Of a stretch of DNA of 64,000 nucleotides, positions 49,030-62,569 are shown piece by piece. Each line of letters opens with the position of its first letter. Within the stretch, counting starts at the first letter, position 1. The notes under the pieces were generated by a model. It was not told the origin of the DNA, did not search any database, and saw nothing but the letters and a program-made list of their open reading frames with translations. The DNA is from Hemiscyllium ocellatum (lineage: Eukaryota), in assembly GCF_020745735.1 (NCBI RefSeq), contig NC_083409.1, positions 9,413,534 through 9,477,533 of the forward strand. The letters run 5' to 3'. Made by a program: the position numbers and the translations under genes.

Positions 49030-52000
49030 TTTTTAGATATTTTTATTAGAAATTTAACATTTTTACAAATTTACAAAAATAAACAAAACTCTCAAATTTA
49101 AACATTGATGTACAATTAAATACACTAGTCAAAATTTAACAAAGAAAAGAAAGAAAAAAAAAATAAAAACTCAACTTTCTATTAATCTAACCTATAACTA
49201 ACCAGAGTGTATACTTAAGTCTCTGACATGCTCGGAATGTATTAACATCAAACATAATAAAACCCGTATTCGTGCGGGATTCCTCTCCCAAGGGGCCCCG
49301 GAGCAGCCAGGTTTGTAATCTTCACTAAATAAAGGCCCTTGTTAGGATGGCCGAAATATCTGCATTTATGTAATTCAAAAAGGGCTGCCATATTTTATAA
49401 AATAATTCAGTCTTTCGGTGCACCATATTTGTAAGGAAGTCAAGGGGAATACATTCCATAATTAATCTGTGCCAATTTGAAAGTCCAGGGGAGCCCTCAG
49501 CCACCCAGTTCACCAAAATATTTTTCCTTGCACAGAAAGAGAGAATAGAAAATAGTCTCTTCCCGTGCGTATCCAGGGAGGAAAAGTTCGAAAAGCCCAA
49601 AAGGAGAGATATAGGGTCCACTCTAATTTCCGTTCCTAAAATTTCTGTCACTTTAGTCCAATATCTACGGATCTTATGACAAGTCCATAGGCAATGTACA
49701 AGAGTGCCCACCTCTATTTTGCATTTGGGACACATTGGAGATGCTCCTGCCTTAAATTTTGCCAAATGAGCCTTTGCTATATGGGCCCTATGAAGTATCT
49801 TCAGCTGGATAGCCTGGGTTCTGTTACAGATAGTAATTCTTCTAGCATTTTCCCAAATATCATTCCACGTTTCTTTAGAGATTTCTAGTCCCAAATCCTG
49901 ATCCCATGTTTTAAGCAGATTGTCCATATCTCCCGACACTTCATCATGGAGTAAATGATAAATAGTACTGACGGATGATACCCCAAATGGTCGTAGGACA
50001 TTACATTCTCTATCTGATTTATAAAGACTATCTATTAAAGTAGTCTTCTTCTGTATATAATCTCGAATTTGGAAGTATCGAAAGAGGTCTCCATTGGGTA
50101 ATCCGAATTTCTGACGCAGCTGTTCAAAGGACATCAGGACCCCATCTTTAAATAGGTCCCCTAAACATGGGATACCCTTGTATCTCCAGAGTTTAAAAGT
50201 GGCATCTGTAAACCCCGGTTGGAATCCCCATGCCCCTACTATCAGTGCATGGGGGGATGTTTTATGTAAATTACCCTCATTTTGCCGCATTATATTCCAG
50301 GCCTTAATTGTGTTTAGTATTATGGTGTTTTTAAAGTGATCTGTAATGATTTTCCTCTTGTCTGAAAATAAGAGGTTAATAAGTGGGTATTTTACTTGAG
50401 AGGCCGCGATGTCCAGCCAGATTGATTGTGGATCAGACAAGAGCCAATCAGCTATGTAACTTAATAGGGAACTTAACTGATATTTCCTAAAGTCTGGAAA
50501 GTCCAGTCCTCCCCTTGCCTGTGGAAGCTGTAGCTTCTTCAGCTTAATAAGGGGCCGTCTATGATTCCAGATAAAGGAACCCAGCCAGCCATATAATTTA
50601 TGTAGGGGCAAAAAACATATCAATTCTTGTATGACCTTTATGTGGATTAGAGTAGAAAGACAAATCTCTACCCTGTGGATGAAGACATCTCCATACATCT
50701 ACCAATCCTAATTCTTTATTCAGATCCGCCAATTGTCTCGATCTGGGAGATACTCCGGCAGCACTCTTGGGAATCCTATCTATTTCCGGATCCATAATAC
50801 AATTAAAGTCTCCCCCTATAATTGTATGACGGGCACCAAAGGCCATCAATTTTGAAAAAGCTTCCGTTAGAAATTTAGAGGGGTGTGCCGGGGGGCAGTA
50901 CAAATTTAGAATCCCATATTCCTCTCCATTTACGAGGGCTTTAATCAAAATATATCGTCCAGATTCGTCATTTATCTGATTTAGAATGTTGAAAGGGAAA
51001 TTCTTCCGAACAAGAATAACAACTCCCCTGCTTTTTGAGCTAAAAGAAGAGAGAAAGGCCTGATCAAATCCACCCTGCCGTAATTTTAAGTGTTCTTTAT
51101 CTGACAGGTGTGTCTCCTGTAGGAGAGCTATATCAACTCTTTCTTTCTTAAGATTTGATAATCTTTTCTTCCTTTTGACTGGAGAATTACTCCCCTTGAC
51201 ATTCCAGGTGCACCACTTAACCGACTGATCAACCACAATCATCTGGGCAGATCCGAGACCCCTTGGGAGGGGAAATCCTATCTGGAACATCCCGAGCATG
51301 GAGCATATAGAATTTACAAAAATAAAGGTTCGCTAATACACTCACAACAATATAATAAAAAATTATTTCTAAATAACAAAAATATAAAACATACCTAAAT
51401 GGAGATTTTCCCCCTTGTTCCCAGGGAGCGTCACTTCCTCTCCAAAAGTCCATCTTATCCTCTCCCAACCAATGCCCCACCCTTGACCCGGGTGCTCCTC
51501 AATAAAATGAGGAGAATTCAAATATAATACAAAGCTAGAGTTAACAGTGAGCACCCTACCCCCATCCACACCAACACCTGGATATATTTTGGAATGTTAA
51601 TACCATATATAAATATATAACTGTAAAATTACAATCTCAACATTTGTATTATTATATCTCAATTAGATATAATAATACAAAATAACAGGGGAGAAACAAC
51701 CCCGCTCCTAAAGACAGAGGTAAAATAGAATAAGGCAACCACCTCCCCCCACCAACATTAACCAATCGCCCCAACATATATATACACACATACATACCCA
51801 CATATATACATAAAGTAATGAAAGAAAACAAACCCAAGCGGGGGGGGGGGGGGCAGGGGGGGGGGCGGGGGAGAAAATCAATTCCCTCTCCCCGCCCCCC
51901 ATGATAATATTAAACAATGAGGTTAAAAAAAAGAGAAAAAGAAAAAAGAAGGGGTGGATATAGACCAAAGTGGGGGGAAAGGCAAACCAACATCCACAAT

Positions 52001-53044
52001 CTCTTACAGTTTATTTAAGAGAGTCCAAGAATTCCTTAGCCTTCTCTGGTGATCCGAAGTAAAACATGGATCCTTCGTGGTTAAAGCGTAGCGTCGCTGG
52101 ATAGCGTAAGCAATACTGAATATTTAAGTCCCTTAAACGCTTCTTCACCTCATCGAATGCCCTCCTCTTTCAGACCAGAGCTGGGGAAAAGTCCTGAAAT
52201 AGCATGATCTTGGATCCTTTTGTAGATCATGGCTTGGGGATATTTTCCAAGGTTTCTTGAGGCTTCTAGGAGCATCTGCCTCTCTCTATAGCTCTGCAGC
52301 TGGAAGAGAACCGGGCGTGGGCGCTGGTTTGAGCCGGGCCCAAATATTGCGACCCGGTAGGCCCATTCCACCCTTACCTGGCCTGATCCAGCATGCAGAT
52401 TTAAAAGCTGTGGCAGCCACTGCTCCAGGAATGCTCTAAGCTGGCCTCCCTCTTCCCGTTCGGGAAGGCCCAGCAACCGAATATTTTTTCAACGAGCTCG
52501 ATTATCGAGGTCGTCAATATGATTTTCTAAGGTCCGGACTCGCTGCTCGAGAGTCCGGACCTGATCCGCGGCCAATTGAGCTGCAGTCTCAGAGGTCGCG
52601 GCCTTTAACTCCGCCCCTCTGACTCGGCGCTCCAGTTCCTGGATGTCTCGGCCGTGCTTCTGCAGCGCGGCCGAGAGTGATTCCCAGCGATTTCGGGACT
52701 CCTCGATAAAGGCATCGATCTTCGCGTCCAGCTTGGTAATCATCTCCACAAGGCTTGTTACCGTCGGTAAGTCCCCCGGGGCTGCTGTGGACGCCTCTGC
52801 TGCAGCTGAAGAGGGAGAGGGTGGGGGAGGGGGTCCTGCTTGTTGAAAGCTGCGGGTTCCCTTCCCTTTGGTCATTTTTACTAAATATTTAACTATTTAA
52901 ATGTAATATTAAGCAACTATTTAAAGTTAACAGTTATTATGAATGATTTGGTGAGTGTGGTGGGGGTGGGTGACCCACTTTACCCAAGTCTTGGGAAGAG
53001 CACTATAGATTCAGACTTGCTGGCTCACCGCCATCTTGGATCCC
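49030..53044 (-). mobile_element. L1-clade LINE, both termini intact, RT domain internally deleted, 16-bp TSD
   Basis: TSD CCCACTTTGTTGGTTT at 49014-49029 and 53045-53060. The 5' end reads GGATCCAAGATGGCGG. ORF1 52875-52011 (stop at 52489 plus a frameshift). ORF2 APE endonuclease about 51236-50600 (WNVKG, LQETH, GGDFN, RID) is fused to the post-RT C-terminal region (WLGSFIW...; stop 49325). AATAAA and a short A tail lie near 49030-49046. Confidence 0.92.
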
Positions 53045-53164
53045 CCCACTTTGTTGGTTTGATCAGTGACGTAGCAAGGAAGCAGCAGCTGCCCCATGAA
53101 CTCCAACAAAAGAATGAGAACAGGCTCTTCATACGGAACTGGCTCCCGAGAATCCAATTCAACA

Positions 53165-53800
53165 GCAGGGATCAAAGAACAAGGAACAATACAGCACAGG
53201 AACAGGCCCTTCGGCCCTCCAAGCCTGTGCTGACACATTGTGCCCTTCCTCACTGAAACTGTCTTCACCTGCAGGATTCATATCCCCCATTCCCGTCCTA
53301 ATCATGCATTAGTGCAGGTATTTCTTGAATGCTTCTATTGTGTCTGCTTCCACCCCCTCCTCTGGCAGTGTGTTCCAGGTACTCAACTCCCTTTGTGTGA
53401 AATACTTGCCTCCCACATCTCTTTTAAATTCCCCCACCTCTGCACCTTGAACCTCTGTTCCCTGATAATTGATCCCTCCAATCTGGAAAATAAACGCCTC
53501 ATATTTTCCACTCTACCTATGCCGTTCACAACTTTACAAACTTTTATCAGGTCACGCCTCATTTTCCCCCATTCCAGTGAAAACAAACCCAGTCTATCCA
53601 ACATTTCTTCAGAACTAAAATCCTTCATACCAGACAATATCCTGGTAAACGTTTTCTGCACCATCTTCAAAGCATCCACATCCTTCTGGTCGTGTGGTGA
53701 CCAGAACTGTGCGCAATATTCCAAGTGTGGCCGAACTAAAGTTCGATAAAGCTGCACATAACTTGTTTATCCTTACACTCAATGCCCCTTCCAATGAAGG
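53165..53800 (-). mobile_element. CR1 3' fragment
   Basis: MQLYRTLVRPHLEYCAQFWSP (ORF 53383-53757). Confidence 0.85.
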
Positions 53801-56550
53801 CAACCCGGTTTGTCAGATTGAAAGGCCGAGTGTCCTTCGGATGAGCGCTGGAATCAGCAACAAATTCAATTATACTCAAAGATCTAACAAACGGTTCTCA
53901 AAGCGTGCCACCCAAACTGCAGAGAGCAGCACTTCAGGCTTCGCGTCCCCATTTCCATCCTTGCTTGTTGCACTTCCTCACTGTCCTGCAGAGGGCAGTG
54001 GTAAGCCATGAGTTTCTTGAAGAGGTTCTGACAGAGGGACAAGGTCATGTCCTCGGCCTGAGCACAACTGCCTGACCTGCTGTGCTTTTCCAGCACCACG
54101 CTTTTCGACTCCGAGCAAACTATCCCTCAGGAGAATGAGCTGTGACACAAGAGGAAACGTGGGAGTGTTGGAAAGGCACCGGCAGCCTGGTCAGCCTGCA
54201 GAGGGGCAGAAACAGATTTGATGAATGAGCTGATATCCTCCCGAGCTGAGATGCTGACTCAGGCTTTCAGAGCCACACAGTTTACATTGTTACTGACCAT
54301 GACTCCATGGGCAATGTTCCTGCCTCATCATCAAAATGGTCATCGGATTGAAAGCCACCTCAGAAATGAGAACACAGAATCCAGGCTGAGACTGTGGTGC
54401 ACTGCTGAAAGTTGCACAGTCTCTGGCACCATCATTTGAGGTTCCACCACCACCACACCCCGACCATCCCCACCCCCACCTCAGGGGGCTCGGCAATATC
54501 CCATTCTGAAGAGATTCCCTCGGGTGTCCTGCTCACTATTCAACTAGTGCCACCAAAACAGATTTGTCTCGTCATTCGTTTACTGTCTGTGGGACCTTAA
54601 CATCTTGTCCATGAACATGACTGCTCTGTGCTGACAGCTTTGAATATTCTGAGATGATTTTAAAAACTGCATCAACAAGAGTTCTTTCCTCATTTTCATG
54701 TAAAAGGGGAGCAGTGAGCAAGTGAAAATGCACACCGAAGGCAAACACTGAAGCTTCAGCCAAATGTTTTTTTGCGCCATGTTATCCTGCACCCTGGGCA
54801 TTTCCTTCCAATGTCCGAGATGGTTATCAGACTGTGAGGGAGGCTGACAGATCACATGGAATCCTTCAGACAAAGTACACAAGGGCACAGTCCAGGCTTG
54901 CTGCAAACATTGGCCTTCCTTCTGTTGAAGGGCTGGGAGATTCTCTGTGGCAGTTTCTCATGCACATCCTCCGTGGAATTATCACAGACTCTACTGAAAG
55001 GAATCAACCGACAGGGGAGAAGAAAATGGGAAGAAGGGTGGGCATCAAGATAGGTGGGCGTGTGTGGAAGATTCGGTGCCATTGAAATTCCCAACTGGGT
55101 ATCACAAGGAAAACTCAAATCATTACTCAGATATAACTGGGAGAATCCTCACTGACATAAACAGGCTGAGTGTCAGAGACCGCGAGCCTCCGGTGCCTGA
55201 CTCTCTCTGAGGCATTAGTCAAGGACTGTTCATGTGTCAATAAAGGGACACTTGGTGACACGGGGTCATATTATAATCAATGATCGGAGGTGTATAGATT
55301 AAAGATAAATGGCCGAAGGTTAAGAGGGAACATAAGGAAACACATTTTCACCCAGAGGGTGGTGACAGTCTGGGACTCACTGCTTGGAGAGGTGGTTGAG
55401 GCAGAAACCCTCCCATAACATTGAAGTGTTTCAATGTGCAGCTGTGATGCCAAGGCATACAGGGCTACAGGCCAAGTGCTGGAGCATGGAATTAGAATAG
55501 TGAGGTGGATGTTTGACTGGCTTTGGCTCAATGGGGCAAAGCGCCTTGATCGTGTAGACCTGTTGTAGATGTCTGACTCTGCCAGGACTCCAGCAATGTG
55601 GCTGACCCTTACCTGCCATTTGAAAGGCCGAGCAAGCCACTCAATTTCAGGGCAGTTAGGGATGGGGAACAAATGCTGGTCTTGCCAGTGACACCCACAT
55701 CCCAGGAAAGAATAGATGGATTCAGTGGTAACACCGTCACCTGAACCTGCAGGTTTCAAGCCCCACTCCAGACACTGGAGCACTATCCTGAGGCTGGCAA
55801 AGACAAAGACGCCATCTGCTGGATGATCGGTTAAACCACTGCCCTCTCAGGTCGATGTGAATATAAGGGCTTTGTGACCATCTCAGGGAAACTCTCCCCA
55901 GTGTGCTGGCCAATGCTTCTCTTAAAACCAATGGTATTAAAACAGATACAAAACCAAATTACTGCAAATCTCAAATAGAAGCACGATGCTGGAGAAAGGG
56001 AACAGGTGCAGCCCCTGTGGGGAGAGGAGGAGTTAGCTTTTGGGTTCAGTGATGTTTTATCAAAATGGCAGCAAAATTATATTTTATTTAATTTTATGTT
56101 GTTTTATATTATTTTATTTAAATTTTGATGAAAAAAAGTTTAGCCTCCTTGATCAGCACCACATCCACACACATCCAGTCCCTCCACACCGACGCTCAGT
56201 AACAGCTGTGTGTACGATTTACAAGATGCACTGCAGAGATTCACCAAAGATCCTTTGACAACAGCTTCCAAACCCACGACCACTTAAATCAAGGACAAGG
56301 GCAGCAAATACATGGGAACGGCACTGCAGCAAGATCCCCTCCAAGTCATTCACCAGTTTGATTTGGAAATATAACACTGTTCCTCCATCATCACTGGGTC
56401 AGAATCCTGGAATTCCATTCCTAAAGGCATTGTGGGTCTACCTACCGCACACGGACTGCAGGGGTTCAAGAACTCATCTTAGCAGCACCTTGTCCGTGAC
56501 GATTAAAGATGGACAGTAAAACGGCTGGTAAAAGTACGAGTTGGCGTGCT

Positions 56551-59165
56551 TAGAACATAGAACATAGAACAGTACAGCACAGAACAGGCCCTTCAGCCCA
56601 CAATGTTGTGCCAACTATTGATCCTCATGTGAGCTGAACCTAATGTACGAACTTTCAAATATCTGTGACCATATGCATGTCCAGCAGTCTCTTAAATATC
56701 CCCAATGACCTCGCTTTCACAACTGCTGCTGGTTATTCATTCCATGTTCTCATAACTCTGCGTAAAGAACCCACCTTAACATCCCCTCTATACACTTGCC
56801 GCCAAACAGCTTAAAGCTATGACCCCTCGTGTTAACAGTTTCTGCCCTGGGAAAAAGTCTCTGGCTATAAACTCTATCAATGCCTCTCATTATCTTGCAC
56901 ACCTCAGTTAGGCCCCCTCTCTTCCATCTTTTTTTCAATGATAAAAGTCCGAACTCAGTGAAACTCTCTTCATAAGATAAGCCCTCCATTCCAGGCAGTG
57001 TCCTGGTAAACCTCCTCTGAACCCTCTCCAAAGCATCCACATCTTTCCTACAATAGGACGATCAGAACTGGACACAATATTCCAAGTGTGGACTAACCAA
57101 AGTTTTATCGAGCTGCAACAAGATCTCATGGATCTTAAACTCAATCCCCCTGTCAATGAAAGCCAAAACACCATATGCTTTCTTAACAACCCTGTCCACT
57201 TGGGTGGCACTTTTAGGGGATCTATGTACCTGCACACCAAGATCCCGCTGTTCCTCCACACTGCCAAGAATCCTGTCTTTAATCCTGTACTCAACTTTCA
57301 AATTCGACCTTCCAAAATGCATCACTTCACATTTATCCAGTTTGAACTCCATCTGCCACCTCTCAGCCCATCTCTGCATCCTGTCAATGTCACGCTGCAG
57401 CCTACAACTGTCCTCTATACTGTCAATGACAACTCCAATCTTTGTGTCATCTGCAAACTTGCTAACCCATCCTTCAATCTCCTCATCCAAGTCATTAATA
57501 AAAAATACAAAGAGTAGAGGCCCAAGAACAGAGCCCTGTGGAACACCACTCACCACTGACTTCCAGGCAGAATACTTTCCATCCACTACCACTCACTGTC
57601 TTCTATCGACCAGCCAATTCTGTATCCAGACAGTTAAACTTCCCTGTATGACCTTCTGAACTAGCCTACCATGGGGAATCTTATCAAATGTCTTGCTGAA
57701 GTCCATATACATCACATCCACCACTTGACCCTCATCAACTTGTCTAGTAACATCCTTAAAGAACTCAATATGATTCATGAGGTATGACCTGCAGCTCACA
57801 AATTCCGAGCTGACTGCATTTATTCAAGCCATGCTCTTCCAGATGGTCATAAACCCTATCCCTCAGAATCCTTTCTAACACCTTGAAGACGACAGACGTG
57901 AGACTGACTAGTCTATAATTGCTGGGGATTTCCCTATTTCCTTTCTTGAAGAGAGAAATTACATTTGCCTCCCTCCAGTTCCAGGTACGATTCCGGTGGA
58001 GAGCGAGGATGCAAAGATCTTCGCAATCGGTGAAGCAATCACATTTCTCGCTTCCAAAGCAGCCAAGGATAAACCTGGTCTGGCCCTGGTGACTTGTCAA
58101 TTTTAATGTTTGTCAAAATTTTCAGCACATCAGCTTCCTCAATCTCTATCCGTTCCAGCATGCTTACCTGCTCCTCAATGGTTTCATTCACTACAAGGTC
58201 CTTTTCTTCAGTAAAGACAGAAGCAAAAAACTCAGTTAGGTCTTTCCCTACCTCCTCAGAATCGATACACAAGTTCCCTATGCTATCCCTGATCGGCCCT
58301 ACTCTTTCTTTGATCATTCTCTTATTCCTCACATATGTGTAAAATGCCTTTGGATTCTCCCTAATATTTCCTGCCAAGCCTTTTTCGTGCCCCCTCCTGG
58401 CTCTCGTCAGACCATTTTAGAGCTCCTTCCTCGCCTGCCTGTAATCGTCTAGAGCTGAGCGAGACCCTAGCTTAGTCCACTTTCCGTAAGCTGCCTTCTT
58501 TCATTTGACGAAAACCTCCCCCGCTCTCATCATCCAAGGTTTCTTTATCTTACCCCTTCTTGCCTGTCTCAGAGGAACACATTTATGCATCACTCGCAAC
58601 AACTGTTCCTTAAACAATCTCCACATGTTTATAGTGCCCTTTCCATGGAACAATCGCTCCCAGTCCATGCTTCCCAACTCAAGTCTCATAGCATCATAGT
58701 TTCCTTTTCCTCAATTAAATATCCTCACATTGTGCCTGCTTCTCTCCTTCTCCATGGCTATGTAGAATGTGAGGCGGTTGTGGTCACTATCACCAAAATG
58801 CTCTCCCACCACAAGATCTGACACGTGCCCCGGCTCATTGCCGAGCACCAAATACAAAATAGCCTCTCTCCTCGTCGGCCTGTCAATGTACTGAGTTAGG
58901 AAACCCTCCTGAACACACCATACAAAAACAGCTCCTTCCAAACCATCTGCTCAAAGGAGGTTCCAATCAATATTGGGAAAGTTAAAGTCACCCATTACAA
59001 CAACCCGACTACATTCACACTTTTCCAAAATCTGCTGACCTATGTTTTCTTCAATCTCCCTGCTGCTATTGTGGGGCCTGTAGTAAGCCCTTAATGAGGT
59101 GACTGCTCCCTTACTGTTCCTAATTTACACCCATACTGACTCAGTAGGCAGACCCTCCTCAAACT
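56551..59165 (-). mobile_element. Well-preserved CR1 ORF2 (endonuclease end to RT and tail)
   Basis: [13 protein letters not shown]...SKFADDTKIG (ORF 57062-57592), MDFSKTFDKIPH, GDSDHN; (TAGAACA)n tail at 56551-56572. Confidence 0.93.
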
Positions 59166-61218
59166 AACAAGCCCTACCACATGCATTCCTCATTACACAT
59201 ACACAGACAGAAAGACGGGACAAAGTGCACTGGGTGTTTTGCATAAAGAGAAAGACTGGGAACGTACTTCCATGGACCTATTGATGGCTTTTTCTGAGAT
59301 AATCCTTGTGCTGATCAGAATGCTGTTCCTTGATCTTCCTTCTCCAGATGCTTCCATTGGTTTTCAGGAGGCACAGAGTGACTAGTTCACACGTGTACAA
59401 GTCTGTAACTTATCAATTAATAGCCACAGCTTACAGCAAGTGCTGAAGGGAAAAGAAGCTGGTTTTCTTCAGGTTTTTTACTGCAGAGACAGATCCTTAA
59501 CTTGTGGAGATCTGGTGATTTCTCAATTCACTTGTATACAGCCCCAGCTGATCAGTTACCTGGGAGCCAATCTCCGTTTTTGTCCGAAGGATATTTGTCT
59601 GTGGCCTAGTGACTAGTTAGCTACTTACTGTTGACTGAAGATCCTGTTGAACACAGCCCTTGGCTGCAGCTTGTCTGAACTGAACTGCTTGAACTGTGTG
59701 AGTAGCACTTAGTGTGTGTCAGGGAACTTGCTACTGAGAAGTTCCAGCAATCCCTGAACAATCCTTGGGTTTTAAAGTTGCTTTATCCCCATTTGAGTCC
59801 AAAATGAAAAGTATGGAAAAATTAGAAGGCAGTTTTTGCTGACCTTTCCAGTCCTCCCCATGTGTTGGTGTGTCACAACACAACATGTGTCAGCAGATTG
59901 ATGAGTTTAACAGGTCTGTAAGAACACCGTTATCTTCAGGCCACACCACCACCTTGACTTGGTCAGATATCACCTTTCCTTTTATATTTACATGGTTAAT
60001 CTCCTGGAATCCCGGAGCTTGCAGTGCTGTGGGAGTTCCTTCAACACGCAGGCTGCAGCACTTCAAGACAAATATCTTTCCAAAGAGAAATGGGGAGGGG
60101 GGGGGGGTGCAACATGCATCCCAACACTGAAGTTTTAAAAAATTGGGTGCTTGGTTTGCCAAAAAAAAATCAAATCTTTGATTTTTTCCCTCTTTGGATC
60201 AAACACTTACAGCTGATAGTGTGCGTCCATTAGGCAAGGGTTGGAAGTCTCTGTTCTGCACCAGCTCAAGTAGTGATACCGTCAGGCCACAGCTACACCA
60301 GGGCAGAGGGCCAGCCTAAAGTTAAAACGTGTAATTCAGTTACACTCACCAGCTCTTTCCTTGTGGTGGGCATTCCTTTCTGGTTGTGCAGACTGAGTAA
60401 AACATCTCCACTCGTTTATTATGTTACTGGCAATATTGGTGATTGATCTCACTTGTTTGAGGAGTTGTGGCATTGGAATCAAATTCAAAACCAGGTAGGA
60501 ACAGGATTAAGCCAGCAGCACCCTTCAGTCAGTTCTCGTACTCCTAATCATAGCTGATTTGCATCTTAACTCTGTATATTGATCTCCTAATTGTTCTGAA
60601 CTGTTACTTGACCTTACAAATATCTCTCACTGCTTGTATTGAAATGCTGTAACAGTCACAATAGTTTTTAAGGCTGGAAGGAACCAGATTATTTTAGTAT
60701 TGTTTGTGTGGCAAAAGGCTTCTTCACATCACCCCCCTAATCAACCTAAGTCTTATTTTCCTGCATGCCCTATTTCTGGCATGCCTCATTAAAGGAACTA
60801 GTTTCTCACTTCCTTCGCTGTCAAATCATCTCAGTCACTTCTATAGATCCATCCCCTAGTCATCTTTACTCAAGAGAATGCAAGTCTCGTTTATCTAATA
60901 AAAGTAAAAAATGCTGGAAATATTCAGGTTGGACCTAATTTATGTAGCCAGTCCTTAACCTTCTCAGACTTGGTATTGTTTTGTACAAGAATAACTAGTG
61001 ACTCTCCATTGATCTCGCAGCGAGCCCTCCAGAACTCCTGTCCAAGCTCCACTTGCTGTGTGGGAATGGCCACTTGTGAGATACTGGACACAAGGAAAGT
61101 GGGAGGCCTGCAGTCTGAGTGATTTCAGGGCAAACGCTGCTCAGTACGAGAGGAAAGAGCTGTAACAAATAAATCTTGATATAAAAACAATAACACCCCC
61201 TCTGTTTTTTTCTGGCAG

Positions 61219-61383
61219 GTTCAAGAGCTTTATGAGGAGGAAGCCCAATGGGTGAATTATGATGAGGAAGAGCTTTGTGTGAAGATGCAGGTGGCAGATG
61301 ATATTTTTGAAGCTCTGATAAAAGACACAGTAAATGTACTGAATCAGATTCAGGGGCAACAGTTAAAACTCATGTTATCCTAA
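61219..61383 (+). CDS. CEP350: Terminal coding exon of centrosomal protein 350 (possibly an orphan duplicate)
   Basis: Acceptor tctgtttttttctggcAG at 61218, phase 0. Translates VQELYEEEAQWVNYDEEELCVKMQVADDIFEALIKDTVNVLNQIQGQQLKLMLS*, which I recognise as the vertebrate CEP350 C-terminus (human, from memory: VQELHEEEAQWVNYDEDELCVKMQLADGIFETLIKDTIDVLNQI). Confidence 0.88.
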   Translation, partial: VQELYEEEAQWVNYDEEELCVKMQVADDIFEALIKDTVNVLNQIQGQQLKLMLS

Positions 61384-62049
61384 CATGGGCCATGCCATTG
61401 GCCAACTTGTGGACTCCAGAAAAAAACCAAACCTCATGCCCCGAGCGGAAGAGAATCCACCTCGGCCTCTAAACTCCTCTCTCTGATTGAGTTTTGACAT
61501 CTGGCATAGAATTTCCTCAATAAGTAGCTGGTTTGGGATATCGATCCTTGGTGGAGTCAGCTGACTGGCAGGATGTGGATACCAGAAGTGCCAACCTTTT
61601 TCCCGACCTATTTATATACAACCCGACCCCATTTATTTATCCAAACTGTAGCAAGAACTTGAATTCAAAGAAGTTTGCACATTCAATTTTATTATTGTAT
61701 TTACACCTAAGTTTACCTTTTTAAAAAAGTATATCTAGTGGTGTGATGATATGTGTTTGGTGTATGTTAGCTCTGAGACTCTGAAAAATGGCTGATACCA
61801 GACACTGAATACTCCCTCTGAGTGAGGAGGACTATATCTGCATGACTGAAGTGGAAGGCAGAAGTATTGAGGATTTTAAATACTTGCACTTACTTCATTA
61901 TGATAAGTCTTGATTTTATTTTTTGATTTTAAATTATTACAGAAAGGAAATTGATTTTTATTCATTTAAATGGACTGGATTTGTGATGTTCATTTTCAGG
62001 AAAACGTTTCAAACTTTGAGCATCTTTTGAGATCACTTGTACTGATTCA

Positions 62050-62215
62050 GAACTTCAGAACACTCTCTCTGTTTCTCCTTCAGAACTCTCTCTCTCTGTC
62101 TGTCTCTCTCTCTCTCCTGCAGACCTTTGTCTCTCCTTCAGAACTCTCTCTCTCTGTCTCTTTCTCTCTCCTTCAGAACTCTCTCTCTCTCCTTCAGAAC
62201 TCTCTCTCTCTCTCC
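62050..62215. repeat. CTTCAGAAC(TC)n compound tandem repeat
   Basis: About 6 CTTCAGAAC-type units separated by variable TC runs. Confidence 0.85.
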
Positions 62216-62569
62216 CCATATGACAGGAACCTCTTTTTCTCCCTCCTTTCTCACCACTCCTGATCATTTCTGTTGCTTGTGCTTCTGTTTGTTAATTTTC
62301 CCAAATGTTTCTCTTTTTTTAGTAAATATTTATTGAAAAAATATTATCTTATAATAGAGTAATGTGAATAAACTGCCAGCTGTTGGTCAAGATACAGTTG
62401 CCTCATATTTGCTTAACTTAAAACAAATCAGCACAAACTCAAATAAAATAAAATAACATTAAATTTAATTACAATCCACTAAAATTAAATTGCACGGCAC
62501 TGTACTATATTACATGACTCCACTCGCCGCACCCTCCATCAAGTCTCCCGTCCACAGGAGCAACAGTGA

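Noticed and set aside
54530-55110. Several 60-108 aa ORFs possibly from a DNA transposon
   Set aside because: No catalytic motif or terminal repeat could be identified; left unclassified.
59200-59800. Possible solo LTR
   Set aside because: No partner LTR, TG...CA termini or TSD could be established by eye.
36340-61219. In-frame Ig-CEP350 fusion by J splicing to the CEP350 exon
   Set aside because: The J donor is phase 1 and the CEP350 acceptor is phase 0; the C poly(A) site also intervenes.
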